DNA of 61,989 bases from an uncultured Gammaproteobacteria bacterium (GTDB lineage: Bacteria; Patescibacteriota; Microgenomatia; UBA10105; UBA927): positions 1-61,989 of the forward strand of contig CAZNKB010000007.1 in NCBI GenBank assembly GCA_964573695.1, in the 5' to 3' direction. A program made the translations under genes and the position numbers. Positions 1 to 9,409 of the stretch are shown piece by piece. Each line of letters begins with the position of its first letter. Position 1 is the stretch's first letter. The notes below the pieces were generated by a model, which worked only from the letters and a program-made list of their open reading frames with translations, made no database searches and was not told where the DNA came from.

Positions 1-400
1 TCTAGATCGAACAATTGGAGTATCGATAATATTTTATAAATGAGCAACGGAGAGCTGAGGAGCAGGTGGTATTTGTAACGATTCGAGAACCGTTTGTAAG
101 GTTGAAAGAGGAACTTCTATCTCAATTTCTCTATTCCTGAATGCGTCTACTAGGGGGAGCAAATATAAGAAAGGAGCGGTTTGCCCCTTTTTTATACTTA
201 TTTCTGGAGATGATGAGAACCGTAGGTTCGCAATCCAGGAGTTGATGAGTCAATTCATATTGACGAATCTTACTCCTGGTGAGTGCAGCGTATCCGCTGC
301 CAGTCCAGCGCTTAACGAGAAAATACAAATTCCCGAATCATAGAGTTGGTGAGTGGTTTGTAACCAAACCAAATCCTGCCGGGGGAGCTAATAACTTATT

Positions 401-1264
401 TTACCGAAACCTGAAAAAGATAAGGTTTCCAAGAAGGAGAAACGGTAATAAACCATCCGGCAAAAGATTCATCGCAAGCAAGCTTCTACTGAACGGAAGA
501 TAGAAATATACAATTGCTGTGGTTGCCACAAACGCTCCGTAGAATATTTGTCTTCTTAAGATACTAGGAGACGTCATTGGTTCCGGAAGCATAGTGATGG
601 CGAAAAAAAGAACCGTTGGATTGGTTAGCGTTATAAGTGGAGAGACGTGATTTTGTAGGAACAGTAGTACTGAATACGTGAAAAGAAAAGCACCAGTACT
701 TCCAAATCGCTTTATCCGTATGCCAGAAACAAAAATTGGAGCTAAGAGCACAAAAAATACAACAATATTCAAAGGAACGAGTTTCAAAATCTGAAAAGAC
801 ACGCCCCACCAGCTTACCGTGTCATGGAGAAGTATATTTCCCACAACAAGCCCAATCGCTGCAGGATTAAAGATGTGGCGATTGGAAATTTGCACAAAGT
901 GTTTTGATGCTGACGCAATGACCGAAATCAAAAAAACGCCGTACCACGGCAGGAGTGGATTAATAGTGAGACCCAAAATAAGGCCGGTGACAATGGCTGC
1001 ATACGGAATAAATAATGCGTGTTTCCGGAGATAGATGAAGAAAAGGTCTGAGCCAATGGTGGACAAAAGGGAAAATACAAGAATTTTTGTTACAAAAGGC
1101 AATGGATACTGAAAGAAAGAAGAAAAAGCAATAAGGAGCAATATAAGAGCTAATTGAACTTTTGGAATACGAAGCAAGTGAAAAAAACTCATATCTCTTA
1201 TTATGATACTAAATAATAGGTTCTGAAATCGTCCCTGTAAGCGAGTAAGTCGTTTTAAACTCAA
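401..1264 (-). CDS. polytopic membrane protein, possibly RnfD/NqrB-like
   Basis: 287-aa ORF with about 8 hydrophobic helices. The HIFNPAAIG motif resembles the FNPA signature of NQR2/RnfD/RnfE-family subunits. No other Rnf/Nqr genes are nearby. Confidence 0.4.
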   Translation of the reverse strand: MSLKRLTRLQGRFQNLLFSIIIRDMSFFHLLRIPKVQLALILLLIAFSSFFQYPLPFVTKILVFSLLSTIGSDLFFIYLRKHALFIPYAAIVTGLILGLTINPLLPWYGVFLISVIASASKHFVQISNRHIFNPAAIGLVVGNILLHDTVSWWGVSFQILKLVPLNIVVFFVLLAPIFVSGIRIKRFGSTGAFLFTYSVLLFLQNHVSPLITLTNPTVLFFAITMLPEPMTSPSILRRQIFYGAFVATTAIVYFYLPFSRSLLAMNLLPDGLLPFLLLGNLIFFRFR

Positions 1265-1392
1265 GATATTTCCTTACAACTCCAATTAAACAAGATCTGT
1301 AATTACAGTCGTTGATTTCTTCACTGTCGAATCGAGATGCAGTTACTACGTTGTTATTGTAGTCAAGGTAGAAAAACTGGTACGATACAAAT

Positions 1393-2016
1393 ATGAAAAA
1401 TCAAGCAATGCTCTACGGAGTTATTGGTCTACTTGCCGGTAGCTTACTGACGCTTTTATTTGTAACTAACACCGTCAATAGTAACAACTATGGCTTGATG
1501 CAAATGATGGGTGTGCGTCAAGGCATTGGTGGGTCGGCTTCAGCCAACAATATTGATAGACATTTCATTGAACAAATGATTCCACACCACGAAAGTGCAA
1601 TTGAGATGTCTAAACTGGCTCAGGAGAGATCTAAACGCTCGGAGGTTCTCTCCTTAGCCAGCGCCATTATCAAAAGTCAGTCGGGAGAAATAACTCAGAT
1701 GCAATCCTGGTATAAAAATTGGTACGGAAGTGATGTGCCAGTTGATACCAGTCTCGGCATGGGGATGGGTCGTGGTATGATGCATGGCGGTATGATGGGT
1801 GGTCAAACAGCTGATATTGAAATACTTAAAAACACACCTGATTTTGACACCGCCTTTTTAGAAGAAATGATTCCTCATCATCAAATGGCAGTAATGATGG
1901 CTCAGATGCTTTTATCGGGGACGAATAGATCAGAAATGAAGCAACTGGCGCAAAATATTATCGACGCTCAGGAAGCAGAAATAGAGCAAATGCGGTTGTG
2001 GCTTCGGGAATGGTAA
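1393..2016 (+). CDS. DUF305 family protein (secreted or membrane-anchored, metal-related)
   Basis: N-terminal TM/signal segment. Two copies of the DUF305 motif (MIPHHESAIEM and MIPHHQMAVMM) are separated by a Met/Gly-rich stretch, GMGMGRGMMHGGMMGG. Confidence 0.8.
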   Translation: MKNQAMLYGVIGLLAGSLLTLLFVTNTVNSNNYGLMQMMGVRQGIGGSASANNIDRHFIEQMIPHHESAIEMSKLAQERSKRSEVLSLASAIIKSQSGEITQMQSWYKNWYGSDVPVDTSLGMGMGRGMMHGGMMGGQTADIEILKNTPDFDTAFLEEMIPHHQMAVMMAQMLLSGTNRSEMKQLAQNIIDAQEAEIEQMRLWLREW

Positions 2017-2176
2017 CAATGTTGACCTTCTAGAAAAAATTTCTATATTGCAGAAATCTATTCACTTTCTTTATCATCCATTCCGGATACTCAATTCGCT
2101 CACCCAATCAATTCGCCCGAATTCATATCATCGTTCGAGCCAATACAAATTGGCCTCAACTTTATCATGACTCTCA

Positions 2177-2551
2177 ATGGAGCTCAAACCTAATGGCCCC
2201 ATAAGCTATAATTCTGTCATGGACTCATTTTTTTTATTCAAACTGACACTCTCTTTTTTTATTGGAGGACTCTGGATAATCCTGGCTACTATCCTCGCTG
2301 ATAAGCTTGGTTCAAAGGTTGGGGGCCTAATCAGTGGTTTACCGTCAACAGCCTTGTTCAGTTTATTTTTTATCTCCTGGACCCAAAGTCCTGCTGTCGC
2401 AGTGGAAGCGACAACCATTAGCCCTATTGTCGGCGGATTAACATGTCTCTTTCTTGCAACATACGCATCGCTTATACACAGAGGCGAGCCAAACAAAAAC
2501 TCTTTATCAAGTTACTTTTGTTTGATATCATACAATGTATGGCAACAATAA
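2177..2551 (+). CDS. small membrane protein (3-4 TM)
   Basis: 124-aa hydrophobic ORF. The C-terminal about 20 aa are non-hydrophobic and overlap the next gene, so the end may be frame-disturbed. Confidence 0.45.
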   Translation: MELKPNGPISYNSVMDSFFLFKLTLSFFIGGLWIILATILADKLGSKVGGLISGLPSTALFSLFFISWTQSPAVAVEATTISPIVGGLTCLFLATYASLIHRGEPNKNSLSSYFCLISYNVWQQ

Positions 2552-2967
2552 ATCCCTGGATCAACTTCAACGGCAATGCGGAAGAAGCGTTTACGTTTTA
2601 TAAATCAGTATTCGGCGGAGAGTTTGCAAAAGTAGTACTTTTCAAAGACATTGCGAGCGCCCAATTCCCGGCGCCAGAAAAAGAAGAAAATAAAATAATG
2701 CATATCGCCTTACCAATAGGCACTGGTGCCATGCTGATAGCAAATGACGTTCCGGAAATCCTGGGACGGGTAAATGAGCGCGAAAATAGAAGCAAGATAT
2801 TAGTAAGTACGGAAAGCAAAGAAGAGGCGGACAGATTATTTACTGGTCTTTCGGCTGGCGGAGAAGTAGAAGGCCCTATGGGAGACAGTCCGTGGGGCTC
2901 CTATGCGGGTATGTTTCGAGATAAATACGGTATCGAATGGATAATAGAATTATCTCCTGACAGATAA
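2539..2967 (+). CDS. VOC/glyoxalase-fold protein, PhnB-like
   Basis: The start was moved to the internal ATG at 2539 (MATINPWINFNGNAEEAFTFYKSVFGGEF), which is a typical PhnB/3-demethylubiquinone-9 methyltransferase-domain N-terminus. The C-terminal DKYGIEWII motif is present. Confidence 0.75.
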   Translation: MATINPWINFNGNAEEAFTFYKSVFGGEFAKVVLFKDIASAQFPAPEKEENKIMHIALPIGTGAMLIANDVPEILGRVNERENRSKILVSTESKEEADRLFTGLSAGGEVEGPMGDSPWGSYAGMFRDKYGIEWIIELSPDR

Positions 2968-2968
2968 T

Positions 2969-3469
2969 ATGAGCAAACTCATTACATGCATCTGGTTTGC
3001 CGGTAACAACGGTGAAGAGGCGGCAAAATACTACATAGATACGTTCAATTCTGCTCCTGGTGATCACAGTGCAAAAATGGGAGATATCACAAAATCTCCT
3101 AAAGCTGTAGAAGAAGCTTCGGGAAGACCTGAAGGATCTGTGTTGACTGCGGAATACGAACTGGACGGAATAAGCTTCATGGCTCTCAATGGCGGTCCTG
3201 TTGATCAATTCAAACTTAATGGCGCAACCTCGTATATTGTCGAGTGTGAGACACAAGAAGAAATCGATTTCTTCTGGGAAAAACTCTCTGCAGTTCCTGA
3301 AGCGGAACAATGCGGATGGTGTACTGATAAATTTGGTATTACATGGCAAATAGTCCCAAGGATTTTGGATGAAATGATGAGAGACCCGCAAAAAGCTGAG
3401 GCGGTAACCGCTGCTTTTATGCCGATGAAAAAACTTGACCTTGAAACAATTAAAAAGGCTGGTGAATAA
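2969..3469 (+). CDS. VOC-fold protein, YjdN/PhnB-like (3-demethylubiquinone-9 3-methyltransferase domain)
   Basis: 166-aa ORF starting 1 nt after the previous stop. Motifs CIWFAGNNGEEAAKYY and GWCTDKFGITWQIVP are characteristic of this family. Confidence 0.75.
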   Translation: MSKLITCIWFAGNNGEEAAKYYIDTFNSAPGDHSAKMGDITKSPKAVEEASGRPEGSVLTAEYELDGISFMALNGGPVDQFKLNGATSYIVECETQEEIDFFWEKLSAVPEAEQCGWCTDKFGITWQIVPRILDEMMRDPQKAEAVTAAFMPMKKLDLETIKKAGE

Positions 3470-3623
3470 ATCATTACACTCTTTGCCGCTTTTCCTTATC
3501 GTAAAACCAGATTCAGAACCACCTAGTGGAGTAATAATTACTTCGTTCAAACGGGCTGGTGAAGTCAAGACGATATCGTCCTTATATCAGCAAATTCTGG
3601 CGTTCAGCGGTTAGGGCATACTC

Positions 3624-4067
3624 ATGAACATGTTTAAGCCGGTAAAGGCAAAAACGCTTAAAGAATACTTTGACTTGCTCCCTCCCGAGCGGAGAAAGCT
3701 TATGGATTTTTTCCATACGTTCATCCAAGAAGCAGCACCCTCACTCAAACCTCATTTTTCGTACAACATGCCGGGCTATGGGAGTTTTCCGTACAAAAAT
3801 TATAAAAAAGAAATCATACAGTGGCCTGTGATTTCGTTGGCAAGTCAAAAAAACTACATCAGTATCTACATCTGTGCGATCCAAAACGGGGAATATATTG
3901 CAGAAAAATACAAACAACACCTCGGCAAGGTCAACGTGGGGAAAAGCTGTATCCGTTTCCAAAAAATTGAAGACGTGAACCTCGAAGAACTGAAAAAAGT
4001 TATTAAACTCGCTGAAAAAACGCCCGGCCTCACCGGCATCGGGTCGGCGACAAACAAAGGTCGATAA
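3624..4067 (+). CDS. DUF1801 (YdhG-like) domain protein
   Basis: 147 aa. The pattern TLKEYFD..., PSLKPHFSYNMPGYG and KSCIRFQKIEDVNLEELKKVI matches DUF1801 proteins. Confidence 0.7.
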   Translation: MNMFKPVKAKTLKEYFDLLPPERRKLMDFFHTFIQEAAPSLKPHFSYNMPGYGSFPYKNYKKEIIQWPVISLASQKNYISIYICAIQNGEYIAEKYKQHLGKVNVGKSCIRFQKIEDVNLEELKKVIKLAEKTPGLTGIGSATNKGR

Positions 4068-4129
4068 CCTCGTGGTCATATTGTATTTGCGGGTAGTTCG
4101 TCACTCGAACCTGATATACTCCTCTATAG

Positions 4130-4669
4130 ATGAAAAACGTGGCAGTCTTTTGCTCAGGACAGAGCGTAAACGGCATCTACAAAGAGTCCGCCATAGAAAT
4201 GGGCAAACTTCTTGGGGTAAATCAATACAATCTTGTCTGGGGTGCCATGAACCAGGGACTTATGAAACTCTTGGCCGATTCCGCTCAGCATCAGGGTGCC
4301 AAACTCATTGGTATCACCATCCCTTCACTCAACGAAGTTGCCAGAAATGATCTTGACGTACGCCTGGAAGTACAATCCGTCCACGCCAGGAAGGAAAAAT
4401 TTCTTGAAATCAGCGACGCGTTTGTAACACTCGTTGGCGGCATCGGCACACTCGACGAGATACTGGAAATAACCGAACTCAAAAAGCATCGCGCGCACGA
4501 CAAACCGATAGTTATCATCAATACGAATCATTTTTACGACGCGTTGCTTGCACAAATGGAAAAAATGGATACCGAGCATTTCTTCCCGCGGCCGTTACAC
4601 GAACTGCTCTACGTTACGGACACCCCGCGTGGCGCTATCGATTATCTCAGGAGACACCTCACGACATAG
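4130..4669 (+). CDS. LOG family / TIGR00730 Rossmann-fold nucleotide-binding protein
   Basis: 179 aa. It has the VWGA...GLM, PGGIGTLDEILE-type (GGIGTLDEILEI) and PIVIINTNHFYD motifs of lysine-decarboxylase-like LOG phosphoribohydrolases. Confidence 0.8.
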   Translation: MKNVAVFCSGQSVNGIYKESAIEMGKLLGVNQYNLVWGAMNQGLMKLLADSAQHQGAKLIGITIPSLNEVARNDLDVRLEVQSVHARKEKFLEISDAFVTLVGGIGTLDEILEITELKKHRAHDKPIVIINTNHFYDALLAQMEKMDTEHFFPRPLHELLYVTDTPRGAIDYLRRHLTT

Positions 4670-4670
4670 T

Positions 4671-5075
4671 ATGTACCCAACGCTGATCGATAAAATCGCC
4701 TTCATAGATATCAAAGACAAAAAAGTACTGTCGACACTAAGCCTGGGAAAAGACGTTTGGTATATTCCGGGTGGCAAACGGGAAGGTGCCGAATCCGACC
4801 GACACGCCCTTATACGGGAAATCCGCGAAGAACTCGCAGTAGACATTATCCCTGATTCCATTTCCCTCTATGGTACGTTTGAGGCTCCCGCCCATGACAA
4901 ACCAGAGGGAACGGTTGTCCGCATGACATGCTATACCGCTATGTTTGTCGGAGAGTTACACGCCTCATCCGAAATTGCGAAATACCGATACGTCGGTTAT
5001 ACATGGAAAGCAAAAAGTTCCCCGGTCGATCAGCTTATTTTTGACGATCTCTACGCCCATAAGCTTATAAGATAG
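4671..5075 (+). CDS. NUDIX hydrolase
   Basis: The start was set at the internal ATG 4671, 2 nt after the LOG stop. The Nudix box is GGKREGAESDRHALIREIREELAV. Confidence 0.8.
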   Translation: MYPTLIDKIAFIDIKDKKVLSTLSLGKDVWYIPGGKREGAESDRHALIREIREELAVDIIPDSISLYGTFEAPAHDKPEGTVVRMTCYTAMFVGELHASSEIAKYRYVGYTWKAKSSPVDQLIFDDLYAHKLIR

Positions 5076-5108
5076 AACGCATAAGTAGTGCGATGCCCTC
5101 AAAAAAAG

Positions 5109-5897
5109 CTATTTACAATAATCACTCGTTTTTCCGCTTTGTGCGTCCGAGGAAGGAAGTGCTAACACCCTTGCCTTATCCGCAGGTGATATCCAATCGA
5201 ACCAACAAACTGCGTACTGATATGTATCGGAAGTATGATTAGCGGCCCAAACAGGATCTTTGGAAGCTTCATTTTTTTGCCGATAATCGTATACTCCCCA
5301 ATCCAGAAACGTATTGGCTCCGTTTTTGCTCGTTCCGTCTTTTGTCATACCCACCGCTATCGCAATCACCTCTCCCCGCTTAATTTCTATCGGAGGATAC
5401 ACCTGTGTCGTTCTTGAGTCCAAACCTTTTGGCATGGGAAACTTTTCGGCAATTTCCAGAAATTTCGGTGAAAGCGTAAGCAAATGTCCCACTCGATAAC
5501 GGATCCCACACGGATGTTCAAAGTCAAAAGTATATTGGATATCACCCGTGTTGACCGGATACCGTGCCCCTGCTATAACCTTCGCGTCGATAGGAGCAGT
5601 GACCAAGATATCGCTCGGAAGTGAATTTTCGAACCGAAATCCTCCGTGCGCTTTGAACTCCCCTCCCCGTATTTGCCCCGGGTACAGCACGGATGTTGCT
5701 TTGTTGATATCGATAGGCAATGGGAATACGAAAGGATCAGGACAAATATCTTGTTTACCTTCGTTTTCCGATCGGCCGGTTTCACCGGCAGGGGCATAAC
5801 CTCTAAATGTTTTCTCAACCATTACTCCGACAATGAGGAGGAAAGCCGCGAAAATCGGAATCATGACAAATGCGAATCCTTCTTGCCGGTTGGTCAC
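5109..5897 (-). CDS. hypothetical membrane-anchored/secreted protein
   Basis: 262-aa ORF with one N-terminal TM helix (FAFVMIPIFAAFLLIVGVMV) and a Cys-containing extracytoplasmic domain. I do not recognise a family. Confidence 0.55.
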   Translation of the reverse strand: MTNRQEGFAFVMIPIFAAFLLIVGVMVEKTFRGYAPAGETGRSENEGKQDICPDPFVFPLPIDINKATSVLYPGQIRGGEFKAHGGFRFENSLPSDILVTAPIDAKVIAGARYPVNTGDIQYTFDFEHPCGIRYRVGHLLTLSPKFLEIAEKFPMPKGLDSRTTQVYPPIEIKRGEVIAIAVGMTKDGTSKNGANTFLDWGVYDYRQKNEASKDPVWAANHTSDTYQYAVCWFDWISPADKARVLALPSSDAQSGKTSDYCK

Positions 5898-5961
5898 TCA
5901 TTTATTGTATCACTGGTATCTGCTTCATTGCGTAATCCTCCTGATTGGACATAATAGAACT

Positions 5962-6477
5962 ATGACTTCTTACCGATTCAGCCCAATCCAGAACAAAACC
6001 CAACTGATATCTGCCATAGAACATATCCATGTTATGTGTCACGCGTTATGCGTCCAATTGTTCGGAACGCACTTGCCCGTGGCCGGAAATATCGGTATAT
6101 TTTGTCATTTCGATGACGAATACGTCAGGCTCACTGGGATACAACGAGAGATAACCGATGAGTCCAAAAGCGTCTACGGAAAATATTTCCAGATGTATCA
6201 GCCCTTCGTCATTGCGGCCAAAGATGATATTCCGCAAACCACATATACGCATCTATATATCCGCAAACCCGACCCCCAAAAGCCGCAAGTAGGAGACCTG
6301 GATTTTTTCCTGGAACCCCAAAAATACGCCAGTCTCAAACAATCACTCATACAAGGCGGTACTCAAAAAGGCATACGGATGTTAAACCGGCCGGATCTGG
6401 ATTTGGTGGAATTATATAACCCAAATATCGACGCGTTTGGCTATATAGGTGATAAACAATGGTTTGTATCCGCTTGA
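5962..6477 (+). CDS. hypothetical protein
   Basis: The start was moved to ATG 5962 (MTSYRFSPIQ) to avoid overlapping the divergent gene. 171 aa with no recognisable motif. Confidence 0.5.
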   Translation: MTSYRFSPIQNKTQLISAIEHIHVMCHALCVQLFGTHLPVAGNIGIFCHFDDEYVRLTGIQREITDESKSVYGKYFQMYQPFVIAAKDDIPQTTYTHLYIRKPDPQKPQVGDLDFFLEPQKYASLKQSLIQGGTQKGIRMLNRPDLDLVELYNPNIDAFGYIGDKQWFVSA

Positions 6478-6489
6478 TATAATATATGT

Positions 6490-6846
6490 ATGAATAAACA
6501 ATTGCTGAAAGAAGCCGCAGGCTGGGGATTCTTACTTTGGTTTATCGGCTATATCCTGGGCATCGTTCTTTTTATGGTTGTCCCCCCTTCTATGATCGGC
6601 TGGATCCTTATGCCAATCGGAGCCGCCCTTACCGTTTGGGTTTTGCTTAAGAAAATCAACGCAAAAGCATTGCATCATTATCTGTCATTGGCAGTTGTCT
6701 GGACACTCATTGCCATTGCCTTTGATTACTTTTTCCTCGTGAAGGTGTTTCAACCGGCCGACGGATACTACAAACTCGACGTCTATATATATTACGCGTT
6801 GACCTTTGTATTACCGATCATTGTCGGGAAGAGCAAACAAAAATAA
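6490..6846 (+). CDS. small membrane protein (4 TM)
   Basis: 118-aa hydrophobic ORF. Its stop overlaps the next start (TAATG). Confidence 0.6.
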   Translation: MNKQLLKEAAGWGFLLWFIGYILGIVLFMVVPPSMIGWILMPIGAALTVWVLLKKINAKALHHYLSLAVVWTLIAIAFDYFFLVKVFQPADGYYKLDVYIYYALTFVLPIIVGKSKQK

Positions 6847-7781
6847 TGACCGAATGGCTTCGCAGACACCTGCGCATCGTCACCCCACTAGTGCTTGCCG
6901 GGCTGGCTATTATTGCCGGGAGTATCTATGTCGCCGACAAAAATGCTCCGCAAAACACGCCACAAGCTGCACCCTCCCCCACGGTTTGGATACCCGGCCC
7001 TACTGCTCAACAATTCATCCTTATGGGTGACATTGGAACCGCATCTTCAGAGGAATCGCAGGTTGCAGACAGCCTCCAAAAAAAATGTGATACAGACCGC
7101 AACTGCCAGGGCGTTTTTATATTGGGAGACATCATCTACGAGACGGGCATTTCATCGGCGACCGATCCGCAACTGCAGACCAAATTGGAAAAGCCGTACG
7201 CGAAGATCAATACCCCCTTCTATCTGGTCCTGGGTAATCACGACTATGGCGGATGCACGAATTGCTATACGGAATTTGCCCAATCGCATCCCAAATGGCA
7301 TTTCCCCCATAGGTATTACGCGCAGAGTTTTCCGTCGGTATCGTTTTTTGTGATAGACACGGAAAATTTCGACTCGCATCAGCAACTTTGGCTCACCCGT
7401 AGCCTTGAAGAAAGCCAAACACCCTGGAATATCGTTCTGGGACACCGTCCGATCGTTTCCCAGGAAACTTCCAAGGAAAACGAGTATTGGAAAGGGATTG
7501 AAGTTCTCCGTGAGATTGTCTGTAAAGACGCGGATCTGTATGTCAGCGGGCATGCCCACCTGCTGGAGGAGCGGAACCAGGAACCGGGATGCTCAGCAAA
7601 ATTTTTGATTTCCGGCTCGGGCGGCTCCACTGTCAGAAAAATTATCCAGCCTTTTACGGGGGAATTTTATGCCGAAGAGAATGGATTTTTGTCGCTTACG
7701 ATAGAGAAAGAGCGTATCTTTTATTCGTTTATCAACAAATCAGGTGAGAGTCTTCACACCGCCTCCGTTACCCCGAAATAG
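6846..7781 (+). CDS. metallophosphoesterase (calcineurin-like, purple-acid-phosphatase-like)
   Basis: N-terminal TM anchor. The metallophosphoesterase motifs GDIG, GDIIYE, GNHDY, GHRP and SGHAH occur in the canonical order. Confidence 0.8.
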   Translation: MTEWLRRHLRIVTPLVLAGLAIIAGSIYVADKNAPQNTPQAAPSPTVWIPGPTAQQFILMGDIGTASSEESQVADSLQKKCDTDRNCQGVFILGDIIYETGISSATDPQLQTKLEKPYAKINTPFYLVLGNHDYGGCTNCYTEFAQSHPKWHFPHRYYAQSFPSVSFFVIDTENFDSHQQLWLTRSLEESQTPWNIVLGHRPIVSQETSKENEYWKGIEVLREIVCKDADLYVSGHAHLLEERNQEPGCSAKFLISGSGGSTVRKIIQPFTGEFYAEENGFLSLTIEKERIFYSFINKSGESLHTASVTPK

Positions 7782-7811
7782 GCGCCTATTACCACGCGAC
7801 ACACTGTTTTT

Positions 7812-8315
7812 TTATCCGTAGTGTTTGGTTATAGTTTTGACCACAAGTATAACTGGTACCGTAAGGAACGCTCCCCACGCCCCAAACACGAACGTACCGA
7901 GGAGCACAAAAACCAGCAGTACAACGGGAGGAATACCGGATGATTTACCGATAAGATACGGGGAAAGAAAATAATCGATCGCAAAATTAAGCAGTGCGTA
8001 GACCGCCACCATGACCAATCCTTCAAGCAACACCGACACATGCGGCAAAAACCGGATCGAATCAAATATGGCTACCGAGGAAACGATAAAGCCCGCGACC
8101 GTCATCCCGAGTATCGGCACCACGGAAAGCGATCCGGTCATAAGCGCCAATAACAACGGGAACTGTACCCCGATAAGGCGAAGGACCACCCATGATACGA
8201 CCGCGACCGTCAGCATAAGTACCAGCTGTGTTTTGACGTATAGAGCAAGGACGCTGACTATTTTTTTCGGCAGCGATTGTTTGCGGGATTCTATTTTTTT
8301 CTTTCTTTTTGCCAT
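7812..8315 (-). CDS. AI-2E (PerM) family transporter, C-terminal half only
   Basis: 167 aa from the internal ATG (MAKRKKK). The C-terminal motifs LSVVPILG and FLSPYLIGKSSGIPPVVLLVFVLLG are typical of AI-2E transporters. It is about half the usual length. Confidence 0.6.
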   Translation of the reverse strand: MAKRKKKIESRKQSLPKKIVSVLALYVKTQLVLMLTVAVVSWVVLRLIGVQFPLLLALMTGSLSVVPILGMTVAGFIVSSVAIFDSIRFLPHVSVLLEGLVMVAVYALLNFAIDYFLSPYLIGKSSGIPPVVLLVFVLLGTFVFGAWGAFLTVPVILVVKTITKHYG

Positions 8316-8410
8316 GCATCTATTATAGCAATATATAATATTTACCCCTAATGAACACGCACCCAGACATACGGGGAAAACTCCTTGGAGATATATTACA
8401 ATGACCGGTA

Positions 8411-9001
8411 ATGGATATCGGTGATACTCTCTATGTAACGACGCGCGCGAAGTGGCGGGCGTGGCTCGCAAAAAACCATAAGACGGCCAAAGACATCTGG
8501 CTCATCTTCTACAAAAAATCATCTGGCAAGCCGCGTATTTCTTATGATGATGCCGTGTTGGAAGCGCTTGCCTATGGCTGGATCGATAGCATCGTAAAGG
8601 GCATGGATGAGTCACGCTTTGTCCAACGTTTCTCCCCCAGAAAACCGACAAGCATTCTCTCCCAAATGAATAAAGAACGCATCCGCGAACTTATCAAAGA
8701 AGGCAAAATGACCGGCGCGGGACTCAGGGCGCTTGCGCACGTCTATGACCCAGATACCGACAAAAAGGAAGCATTCTCGATTCCCGCAGGCATATATAGA
8801 GCGCTTAAGGCAAATGATGAAGCCTGGCGTCACTTCCAAAAATTTCCGGAATCCTATAAACGGATACGTATCGAATATATCGAGAGCAGAAAAAGACACG
8901 GGGTTGCCATGTACACGAAGGCGCTCAAACATTTTATAAAAATGACGGCGCGCAACAAACGAATTGGATTCGTCAAGGAACGTATTGGCACCAACATCTA
9001 G
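8411..9001 (+). CDS. YdeI/OmpD-associated family protein
   Basis: 196 aa. WRAWLAKNH...IWLIFYKK...SYDDAVLEALAYGWIDS is the characteristic YdeI/OmdA N-terminal pattern. Confidence 0.75.
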   Translation: MDIGDTLYVTTRAKWRAWLAKNHKTAKDIWLIFYKKSSGKPRISYDDAVLEALAYGWIDSIVKGMDESRFVQRFSPRKPTSILSQMNKERIRELIKEGKMTGAGLRALAHVYDPDTDKKEAFSIPAGIYRALKANDEAWRHFQKFPESYKRIRIEYIESRKRHGVAMYTKALKHFIKMTARNKRIGFVKERIGTNI

Positions 9002-9172
9002 CTATCATGCTTACGGTACTATTCAGTTTCCTATGGATCGACAGGCACCTCTATCGTTGATTCAGAACATCGTTGCATACCGAGTTAACCTATGGCGTAG
9101 AAAAAAATGACGAAGTGTCGCGAATCTTTTCAGATGTTATAATCTTTTCATTCTACAACAGCAGCACGAAGT

Positions 9173-9409
9173 ATGAATACACTCACCTTTTGGCATATTG
9201 CATTACTCGTATTGTTTGTATTCCCGACAAAAGTCCACGCGTATATCAATCCAGGCGAAAGCAGCACCCTTCTCCAGGGGGTTATCGCGGGATTTTTGGC
9301 AATATCGATTTTCTGGAAACAAATCGTCGGTTTTTTTCAAAGAAAAAAACCGTCATCCGATCAATTTCGGGACCCAAAACGCCCACATGACCAAACTGAC
9401 TCATCATAA
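9173..9409 (+). CDS. small secreted/membrane protein
   Basis: 78 aa with a signal-like N-terminus (ALLVLFVFPTKVHA), a second TM helix and a charged tail. It overlaps the next start by 23 nt. Confidence 0.4.
   Translation: MNTLTFWHIALLVLFVFPTKVHAYINPGESSTLLQGVIAGFLAISIFWKQIVGFFQRKKPSSDQFRDPKRPHDQTDSS

Noticed and set aside
131-503. 65-aa (minus) and 74-aa (plus) ORFs at the left edge
   Set aside because: They overlap each other and have no SD, no motif and odd composition. I left the first 400 nt unannotated.
2876-3568. 230-aa minus-strand ORF
   Set aside because: It is antisense to two consecutive plus-strand VOC-family genes that have clear family motifs. It has no motif of its own.
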